Both the position numbers and the translations under genes were made by a program. From contig MU004184.1 of assembly GCA_010093605.1 (NCBI GenBank), positions 1,994,801 through 2,058,800 of the forward strand: a stretch of 64,000 nt of DNA, in the 5' to 3' direction. Of the stretch, positions 53,811 to 64,000 are shown piece by piece; the first letter of the stretch is position 1, and each line of letters begins with the position of its first letter. The notes under the pieces were generated by a model, which did not search any database, was not told where the DNA came from, and saw nothing but the letters and a program-made list of their open reading frames with translations. The DNA comes from Lophium mytilinum (Eukaryota).

Positions 53811-56800
53811 ATGGCTGACCCGATATCAATAATCGGGCTAGTCATTGGGATCGGTACCACTGGGTGTCAGATCTCGATCGCGTTGTTTGATATGGCTTCG
53901 ACGGTCAGACATGCCGCTCAGGATATGAAGGATCTCGCCACCGAACTAGTCAACTTGTCTTACATATTCATACAACTAGGCGACTTGCTGAAAGACCACA
54001 GGCACCTATGCACTCCGGAGTTCTTTCTGAGTGCTAGTTCCATTGTGGAGAGGTTCAAAGAAGTGGAGAAAGAGCTCAACAAGACAACGAGGAAAGGGAA
54101 GAAGATGAAGCGAGTCAAGTGGCTGCTGAGATCACCTAAGATTAAAGGTTTATTGCAGAAACTTGAAGCCATCAAAACCTCGACAACTTTAGTTTTGGCT
54201 ACGATCAATCTCACTAAAGAGCAAGCCTCCAGGAAGTATAATACCATCAAAAACCCAAACCCAGTCCCAAAAGCTGACATCAAATCCCTCAGACTGGACA
54301 GGGACCCGAAGAGCCCCCTTCCCAAGTATAGCGCTCCCATCAACCGATTCCGAAAGGTCGTCGAAGGTATCGTCCAAGCAAGCCGCTTTGCGATAGAGAA
54401 ATCCCAGATGCAAGTCGAGGGCAACCCAAATGAGACTAAAAAGTACTACGACAGCCGAATTCAACGATGGTGTGCTCCTCCCAACGACACCGCAACCTGG
54501 CTCTACCGTTTGGTGTTCTGTTCAGACCCAGCAATGAGCTATCAGACATTACCGAAACCCTATGCTGGAGGTTCAATTATCGACTATGGCGGTACCGGGA
54601 CAAGCACATCCGAATCTGATTATGAAAGTGCAGAAGATGAAGCCCATCTTGTTCGCTTTGAGAACCAAATCAATGCTCCTGGATGCATTCAGTGGGAGCC
54701 ACCGTCCGTAGTAGTTGATCGACTACTCAGAATGTGGACGACTCTAGACGACGTCCAGATCTTTGAAAGTAGAGTCGACAGCATAGACAATAAGGACAAC
54801 CACCAAACTCAATCGCGTCCCGGTATACTCAAAGGCCAACAAAAGCCGCCAAAGCCGCGAGATCTAAAACCTCACGCGTCGGATGCGTCAGACTATAGTG
54901 GTGGCGAGCTTTCCAGCGCTCCAGGTTCCGATAGCTGTGATGGGTCTGAGGGCCCTATCGACTCGAAAGTACCAAAGGCCACTGCGACTACGCCTTGGCC
55001 TGACCCATCGACTATGCTTTTTGACTCGTCGCCTCAGAACGCCAGCCAGAATGATCCACAAAGAACCGACTCAAACCCGTTCTTTCCAGGGTTTGATACA
55101 GGCGTGAACAGAAACCTGTACTATCCGGGTTACTCTCGCGGCCAATATACTGGAAACGGGGTGTTTGCCCAGAATCCGTACTCGGTCTCGCCAGTCCCCG
55201 GCGCTGCAACGGCTCCTCCTATACATACCTCCAGCAGAACGCCGCACCCTCAAGTGTTACCTTTGTCTCAGATGCTAGGGGAATACCAGTCCTCTGAGTT
55301 CAGCAAGTCGTCAAATGTTCCTGCCGAAACGCGGACCACCACAATGTCAGAGGCGTCTAGAGCAGCTCCTAAATCAGCGAACGAGGCTCGTATGTCTCGA
55401 GTAATTGATTTGCTTTTGGAACAGCTTGTCGGCGGGGATAAAGATGATAATGACCAGTCTGTAGCTCACGTACCACTCAACGAAACCTATCTACGAGAAT
55501 GTGTACGTGACTTATACCGAAATGAGAAAAATCAGGACCTGACGGCACAGAGCAGGGAGAGTGACCGGGACACCGCAGCTGCAGAGCAGAGAACGATCGA
55601 TAACGCTTGCCATGAAGCCCGCCGTGAAGTAGAAGAAAGGGCTATTGAAAGAGCCAAGGAGGCAAAAGCTGCTGCTGACAAGGAGCTAGCTCAAGTCACC
55701 GCAGCAGCAAAAGCAGCAAAGAGAGCCAAGAAGGCTCTGGAAGAAGAAATTGCGAAGCGTGAGCAACAAAAGTTCGAAGCTAAAGCTGCGGAAGAAAGAC
55801 AGAAGCTGAATGAACAATTCGCCCATCTAACCAAAGTCATCGAGAATCAATCAGTGACTCAACAAGGTGCTCATACGGATTTTCATAGTAGCACTAGCCG
55901 CCAAATGGCGCTCCAGCCGCTACGCAAAACGCGAATCGCCGACGGTACACGGCATGTCGAAGTTATTGAGTTTGCGAAGAACCATCTTAGTCCATCTAAC
56001 ACTACGCAAATCGCACCGATAAGCATTTTCCAAGACGATTTCCCGTCGTTAGACTACTTCTCTCATAGGAACGCTGACTTCGGAACATCCCGCAATTCGA
56101 GAAACGGCGCTTACACTCCCAAAAGCCCTTCGGATACGCGAGGAAACGAGGTGTCAAGAAGCTCCCCAAAACCTATCCTCTTTCCTTCTAGAATTGGATC
56201 CACCTCCCAGGCAGTCTCCGAATTGCAAACAAGCCTGACAACGTGTGGTCTCACAGCATCATTTGAGATAAACAGCGAGTGTGACAAAACACTAATAGCA
56301 TCCTCAAACCAAGGTGAAGATCCGCTCTGGGGCACCGTATTCTGGGAACCACCACAGTTTGGCCACAACAGCGAGCTTCTCCAAACACTAAAATCGTACG
56401 GCTGGAGACCGCACTATCGTAGAGTTTCAGGTCACTCTCCCAACCCTCTCTTAGAACTCTCTGGTTTCTAACGTCAAGGTTGTGTAGATGTTGGCCAAAC
56501 CTACTTCCTCGGCCATGAACCAGTCCACATGTTCTTCTTTACGCCGCGATACAGACCTCAACTCGAGCCAACTAAGAGCTCAGGTCCCGACTCTCAGTCT
56601 AGCACTGAATACCTCATCATCGGGCGCGAGCTTGTGGAGGAGTACGCTCTTCAGGAACTGGGATTCGATTTCAAGTCCACGGACTCCGGAGGCTATGCTT
56701 TAGACTGCAGACTAACTCCGGTCAGTCGATTCCTTCCTTATCTTCGCGACGCTAATCGACTCGCTAATGACTTAGAACGACATCGACGCACTCATCGAAC

Positions 56801-57132
56801 GATCCTTCACTATCCGAGAAACTAATTTCAGGCGGCACTATAGGCAGTTAGCATGGGCTTCAGAGGACCTTACGCAGTCGAGAGCGGAGCCTACACGATC
56901 GCTGAACACGGGAGAAATGTTCTGGGCAGAGAGAGACATACCGAGGGCCCAAGCTATAACTATACGTACGTCGGAGGAAGATTCTACGCCAAGCAAGTCC
57001 TCCTTTGACCTGCTGAGCTCGCCGTCACCTGCCCCCAGCGTCTATACTATTCCTTCCTCTGCCGGCTTGCCTTCTTCGCTGGCATCTGACGCTGGAACTC
57101 TCGAGGACCTCATAGACTTATCTGGATTTTGA
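53811..57132 (+). CDS. Hypothetical protein with HeLo-like/STAND-type N-terminal helical domain, central coiled coil and small C-terminal domain
   Basis: MADPISIIGLVIGI...VRHAAQDMKDLATELVNLS...RVKWLLRSPKIKGLLQKLEAIKTS is typical of fungal N-terminal domains. Introns ~56431-56488 and ~56721-56775 join later exons (IGRELVEEYALQELGFDF). No P-loop seen. Confidence 0.7.
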
Positions 57133-58071
57133 TTTCTGTAGCATCGAGCAGTGCGGAATATCCACGTTGCTGTTTCGCTAGATGCATCATAATATTCCTG
57201 TGAATTGGTACGACCCTCGTTTCTTTCGGTGAATAGCTGCAAGGACGGCGGGTGTCTCGCTGCTTGCGCGTCGATCCTGCTCGTTTGCTGCCACCGTCAG
57301 GAGGACCCCAGGTAGCACATCACCCCCCAGTCAAAACGATTTCTAATTCACAATGCACAAAATTTCGGACGACTCCACACATGCATTAAAGCCAGTTCTT
57401 TCCGATAAAAGCATTATCCAAGAAAGGGACCATCCGACCTCTGGAAAAGCCGCACCACCACCAGATACCAAAAATGCCCTGCCCTAAGTAACGAAATGCA
57501 AACAATGGCGGAGAATATGATACAACCGAAGCAAATCCCTCCCCCCAATCCAGGAAAAACCCAACCCAAACCACGACCCAAAAACATCAGAAACAGAAGA
57601 TCGAAAGAGAAAAGAAACCCTAGAGAACCCAAACAAACAGCTCCCCCTCCATATAAGCCATGCCAAGGGGTGGGTGGGTGCAAAGCAAAGACCAGCACCC
57701 ACAATGCAAAAAACCCCCCATCCGACCGACCGAGCAAAAAGACCCCTTTCAAAGATCCCTAATGCCCCAAAGTAATTCCTCCCATGCCAAGGGGGTATGC
57801 GCCATCGATCGCCATCGTAAGTTCGCACAGGGCTTTTTCTAGGAGGGGCAAAGGAAAGGAGATGTTTTGTACACACTTACACTCACCAGTAACGCCGCGC
57901 TTCTAAATCCATAGCGGGCAAAAAATGACAAAAGAAAATGTGTCTTTCTTCAGAGAAACTTCAGATGGGCGGAACAAGACGAGAGAAGCCGTCAGGTCGT
58001 TTCGGTTGGAAAGAAAAATTCGTGACTTTTTTATGGCGAGGCGAACGCGACGACGCTGTAATGTAGTGCTT

Positions 58072-61000
58072 CTATCCCTCATCAGGAAGAATGCGAGCAA
58101 AGTGCTTTTCCCAGATCCAGCCAATAGTGCGGTTGCTGTCGTCTTGGTTTCGAGCGAGCCATAGCTCGCCTTTGAGAGCGACAACGTCGAAGATCTGTGA
58201 TGTGAATTAGTGAGGTGGCGAGATCGCGGAGTGGCAAGACTTACCTCTCCAGGAACGTAGACGAGATAGGGAAATCCTGCTTCTTGACGGTCATGTGCAA
58301 TATTAAACTCAAATAGACTCGCCGCCAAAAACAAGACATGATGCTCTTCTTGTGGCTCAGGACTTTGATTACGCATTACGGTGGGGGAGTCGGACATTGG
58401 TAACGCAGACGAAAAAACACCAGAGGTACGTGACGAGTAGGACGGCGTAAGGAAACCGGATCCGGATCCCGAAGTATTACGCTGCTCCATCTCTAAGCTT
58501 AGTCGCGGGAAGTTCAGGGTTGAATCCGTCACCGATCTCCCAGCGCCCGTCGATGGCCGCTGCGGGAAGTTTGAAATAGCGGGTGTAGTGGCTTGGGCCG
58601 AGCGTGGGGTTGATGGGCCCCTACTCGAGATTGCGGATCCAGCTCGCATCCTCCCCATTGATAAGGGCTGATGTTGACCATCTAAGGGCGGTGTATGTTC
58701 ATATGGCTGCCAGCCGGTAAAGTTTCCGCTGTGACGTTGGGAAATGTCGGGCGTTGATGCATCGCTGCTAAGCGACTGAGTTCGCTTCCCGCCTGAGTAA
58801 TTCGAAGGCTTCCTAAAAGATGAAGCGTCATCCGTAACGAAAGTTTGGGCTGGAGAAAGGAAATTAGTGATCTCCGCCATTAAAGTCTTGTTGCAGGAGC
58901 TCAGAGCCTGAATTCGGGAATGGATGATGTCGTAGTCACTGACAAACCGTTGACTATATGTTTGCATATCGTCCGCGAAGACGTCGGTTCGCTCCGGCGG
59001 CTTCTCGAGCATCGGCTGAAGCTTTCGCTCAAACGTTGACTGCCAGGTGATCTGAATATTGATCAAGCTGAGCAGACAGCGCTCAATCAATTTCTTCGTC
59101 AAAGCGTACAGCCTCGGTAGGTCGTCCTTCAGTCCCTGATTGAGCTCCTCAAATGCTGTTCCATTTTCTTGGGTTTTCTTGTCCATTTTCTCTGTACGGT
59201 CCTTCATTTGCCTGTACTTAGCATATTCAGGAAGACGCTTCTTGCGCTTTTGCATAAGCTTTTGCGGCTGATCATGGAGTTTCCACAGAGTCATGATCGG
59301 GTCTATCACACTCTTGCGAATAGCAGCTTTCTGAATGGAAATTAGTTGAAGAGCGGTGAAGGATGTGACGAAGAATGCGAGTTGCAACCTACGTGTTCGG
59401 GGAGTGCAATTGTAGTCAGCTCAAGCATGGTTTGTCCATACTTCCGCCATTTGCTCTCAATCTCTGTATAGTCGTCTGCCAACACACGCATGTCTCGCGA
59501 TGGTCGCATCTGGCCAGTCTGATCTACATCGAGAAACTCGATGAGAGCCGCGACTTGAGAGTTGCACTGATCGACGAAGGTCTGGACGTCGTCCATATAC
59601 TTCTCGACGTCTCTCATTACAATCTGAAGCTGGAAGAAATGCCCGCCAAACTTCTGGGCAATGGCATCATACTCTGCATCTTCCACGTGCTCCGTGAGCC
59701 CTACTGACACCTTCAGCTTATCGGTTCTTCTCCCGAAAGCCTTGGACAATCCCGTAGGTATCCGGCCGTCGGATTCTTTTCGCTTTCGGTTGGCGAACTG
59801 ATCCAAGAGTTCCGCCCGCTTCTTATTCTCGTTGATGCGCACAGACGCAGCAAGGAGTTCCTTCTTCGCGGACACGAGATCAGCATGATCAGGATGATCC
59901 GCTGGTGTAGTTGCAATCAAACTGTCCAACAGAAGTGGATACCGGGTAATTCTCTGAAGAGGCTTCACTAGAAGCGAGTCTAGAGACCAAGCTTGCGTGA
60001 TGTCGCTGGCATAGTTGTGACACTCCTCAAGCCAGACCTTTACCTTGGGCTTGTCTTGTAAGGCAACGAGTCGCTGATTTGCAAAGTCAAGGTTTTTGAG
60101 GTAGTCTCCGAACACCTTCTCCAAGCTTGCCATGTTCCTTCCAAAGATGGCTCCAATAGTGGTCATCCTGTCCTGGTCATTTTTAGGTGGCTCGAGAGTG
60201 GTTGATTGTTCCGTATTAGTGCTGTTGGAAGTCGAGAAGCTGCCACGCTTAAAGTTCCAGCGGTTTGATTTCGGCAAGGTATACATGGGCGCTGCAGCTG
60301 GCTTCAGAGCTGCGAGGAAGGCCCGTGAGAAATTTACGATGTCGGCAGAGTTACCGAACAAGACCTTGCGGTCTTCGTTGCTGACGGAATCGATCGAAGT
60401 TGATGTCGCCTTATAGATGTCTTCGACGACCATCATGTCTTGAAGAAAGATTGACTCAGTATCAAGGATCTCTTTAATCCGATTCCTCCGTTCTTTTAGC
60501 CTCTTCGACAGCGCATCGTTCTCCTCAGCGGGAACAATCTTCGGTGACGATTCTGACGCTGGGACACTCGGTGGTGCATGTGGAGGTAGGGGTGTTTCTT
60601 CTATGTTCGCTTGGTATTGGTTGGCGGCTTGGTCTCTGGACGTGAAGTTGGGAAGTGGAGGAGGGGCGGAAGGGAAGATACTAGACGGAGGATTCCGACT
60701 ATACACACTCGGTGAAGGAGGCGACCGCATTGCCTGATCCATATCACGAGGCGGAGGACCCATCTCGGCAGGCGCGAACGCTTGTGGCGGTGGTGGTCTT
60801 AGAGACGGTTTATGAGGCGAAGGCGTAGACCGCTGGGGAACGTTGATTGCTAGCCCAAGGCCTTCACCTGCGCCTTGAATTTCAGGTAGCTGAGGTTGAT
60901 CGTACCGCGGCATTCGAGGGGTATTCTCCTCAGTTTGCTTGTGTGGATTCACTGTTGGTGTGTGAATGCCATCGGGTGCAGGCGAATATCTCCAGTCCTT

Positions 61001-63874
61001 TGGTGGCGGAGTTGGTCTATAATGATTGTCTTTTAGTTGCTCCAGCTCTGCCTCATCATGGGCAGAATCTCGAGAATACCGCTGAGGCTGTGTGTAAATT
61101 ATAGCCGTTCCTGTGTAATCACCTTCCGGAGAAGCCATCAGATCGTTGAAATCGAGGGCACGATTGTCGTCTATTTCCGGTGTATGTGGCATTGGCTTCG
61201 CCTGTTTCAGCGGCTGTATCACATTTGCATCGCTCAACATTCGTGCAAGATATGTCTCTGTTGCTTCCTTCTGGTCCCAGTCCTTGTGTTGCGCCAGAGC
61301 AGGAGAGACAGCCCGGACTTGTTGTTGAAAGTTGTGAGCCATTTCGGGCGTGAGGAGATTTGCGTTGTGGTAATGCTCTAGCACTCGATTGATGGTGCTG
61401 TAGGCTTCGCTGTCCAGAGTCAAGTGTCCATTCTCGGGCATAGATGGCATAGTAGGCGTCCATTCTGGGTTGCGGTCTTCGCGATTACCTCTGAAGACGA
61501 CGCTTACAGAGTCTTCTGGCCGGAGAGACGAGCGCGCATCGAATGGATCGATGGGAGATTCCTCCTCTTCGTCTAGATAGGATATAGCACCTGAAGGGTC
61601 AAGATGCTCTGCCCGCCAGACGTGTGAGCCCATGCTGACACGGTGCGACGCTGGCGAAGACGTTGGCCATTGATGTCGATTTTGAGTCAATGTCGGCGTG
61701 TCACGAAGCATGATTTGTATGGATTCGCTATCGTCGATCTCCGAAGGATTGTCGAAGTCCGTGGGCGCCGCGCTAACAGGGCTTTGCTCCCGCATCTTCA
61801 TAACTTCACTCAGGAGCATTCCCCGTCCTTCGTCCAACTGCTTGAATGTCTGCGGTGAGAGCATAGTATCGTCTTCTGCTGGCGACGTCTGAGAGGCCTC
61901 TATGACGTGATGTTCCTCGGGCTGTTGCAGAGGCTGGTATTGGGTCTGCTCTAGAGGCGGAGTCATTGCAAACCCACCAGGCATTCCCAGAACTGGCGAT
62001 TCATCCTGTTCAAACTCAGTGTCTCCAGTCATAGGCTCGCTGCCATTCGCAGATGGTAGACCCGAAGTGTCAAGTGTTAGAGTTTGTGGCTCTAACAGGT
62101 GGACATCGGGAGGTTGCGTGTCCGTGCCATGCTCAGCGGTGGGAGAATCCCCCGAGCTCTGGTCCTCGTCGTTCCGTGGTACGGGTTGTGTACGACCAAC
62201 TAGCTTCCCAACCCTTTTACCTGCCAGAACCTCTTTCGACCCCGCACTCTTCAAGTTTTCTTTCGATGCCTTCTCTATGAGAGCTCGCCTATCCGAGACC
62301 TTGAGACCTCCAACTGCGATGTTGTTCCTAGTTTTGGGTTTGTCGGACGGCTGATCGCGAGCTGCGGCAGCATGTCTACCAGTACTTCGCGCCCTCGACG
62401 CAGATGTGGTTGCCATAGAGACCGGCTGCCTGTCGCGGGAGTGCCGAAGTCGTGGTGAAGTTGGCTGAGGCGGCGCGTGGATGACTGCTTTAAGGAGGTT
62501 GGCCCCGTTCGCAGGTTTGTTTGCTGTCGGCCCGCCGTACCTCTTAGAGGTCAAGGTGAGCGGAGGCGGGGTCTTGGTGGTTTTCTGAGGTACGTTCTCT
62601 TTCCCGGGATGATATCTGCCCCGAGATCTTCCTTCCCTCCCTGGCGTGTGGTCTAACGATGATCCAGCGCGGGAGGTAGATTGGATGGACGAGCCAGAGT
62701 CCGACGTGATGCTAGTTCGCCGTGTCGTTGAAACGGGAATTCTGGAGGGTGGGGAGGCCCTCCTCGCGGCATTCAAGTCGGTCATGCGGGGTGAATGTGG
62801 TGAAGTCGGTGAAAAATTGGCCAGGTCTAGCGAATGGTTGTACCGTCCTACCGTTGGTGATAATTGGATATCGCTTCGAGAGCGGCGGTGTCCCCCAGCA
62901 GAAGCTGTCCTGTCAGGAGGCAGAACCCCGAGATTCGCTCCTTGCGGTGCTTGAAACGAGGCCTCCACGTTGGACTGGCTCCTCGAGTGGCCAGCAGTAG
63001 AGTTGGTCGGGAATACTCCGGAATCCGAACCTCGACGCCGACTGTCGAAATTCGCGATGCCATAGCCTGGACCTAGCAATCCATCCTGCCCTTCAACAAC
63101 CTCGCCGAAAAAGGGCTGCCGACTCGACTGGAGGTTTTGCGTACTTGCGGCCCCCGAGAGTGCTCCCCTCGCTCCCGAGGACTGTGAGCCCACACTCTGG
63201 CGGGCGCCGTTTGCTCTCCTTGACGCCGCAGGAGAAGCAGGGGCAGGCTGCGGCCGCTCTCTCGGCTTCAGATTGTTGAATTTATATGAGCCGTATGTGT
63301 GTTCCTTGCCGGGTCGGGCAGGAGAGGATGTGGAAGCGGACTGTGGTATCGAGGACGATGATTTCGTAGTCGTTGCTAGGCGAGGCGGTCGGGCCCGGGT
63401 GGTCGAGGAGGGAGAGGCGGTGGGACTTGAATTTGCGGAGGAGTCGAACTTTTGCACGAGGCTCCTTACGGGCGGGCGGGTCGAGGTTGGGAGCGCGGGA
63501 TTCGACTTTGCAGCGGACAGCGACGAGGACACTGGACTGGAAGCAGAGCGCGCTCCGGTGCGCTGAGCAGTGCGCAAGGCCGGCGAGGGCTTTGCGGAGG
63601 CCTGGGAGGCGCCGTTTATGGGGGGCTGGCGCTGGCGGGAGGTGGTGGTCATGTTGGGACCTCCCTCGACGACAATGTCCGGAGGGTGTGGCGATCGTTG
63701 CAGGCTGCCGGCTGGAGGATTATAGGATCGATAGAAGGCATCCGCGTCGTGCTCCGTGGGGTCGTCGGTCACGGAACCATTGACGTGTGCTTCGGGGGAG
63801 GTGGAGTTGAGCCAGTCAGCCACGCCGCCGGTGTAGGCATAGTTGTGATATGAGTGCTCTTCAGGCCCCTCCAT
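58072..63874 (-). CDS. RhoGEF (DH)-BAR-SH3 protein, Tuba/DNMBP/Gef3-like, 3 exons
   Basis: DH motifs IKEILDTESIF and LLVKPLQRITRYPLLL; BAR-like helical region; SH3 ASLFEF...EAGFPYLVYVPGE|IFDV...WLA...GWIWEKHF. Long disordered N-terminus. Confidence 0.9.
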
Positions 63875-64000
63875 TATGGTCACTTATCATGGGCATACTC
63901 GCATGGTAGGGTCCCGTCGTCGCGGTGGATCGGTCGAGCGCGAATCAAGACAACGAAGGAGTCTGGGACGGGATGCAGCACCAATCAACCGGCGCGGACA

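Overview
This is a filamentous ascomycete genomic window, judged from short GT-AG introns with CTRAC branch sites and a RIP-type AT-rich island. The left arm carries STE24, an Rpa14-like gene, mitochondrial bL34, an aldo-keto reductase with a premature TAG, HIS1 and RPS28. The right arm carries a Net1/Dnt1-like gene, SET1, RIB4, GFA1, a HeLo-like N-terminal domain protein and a RhoGEF-BAR-SH3 gene. Between RPS28 and the Net1-like gene (~10.5-34.4 kb) is an accessory block of four tandem minus-strand paralogs of a family I do not recognise. Family features, each present in a subset of copies, are a shared N-terminal domain, an HMG-box-like domain in two copies, a duplicated C-terminal module ending W-E-x-[ILV]-S-G-x-x-W, and conserved intron positions. 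One paralog is fused in frame to the zinc-knuckle ORF1 of an L1/Tx1-type LINE, and this chimeric ORF is intact. The LINE is split by a RIP-destroyed Ty3/Gypsy element (222-bp LTRs, 5-bp TSD), which itself contains a Tad1-like LINE. All calls come from reading the sequence by eye; no database search was run.
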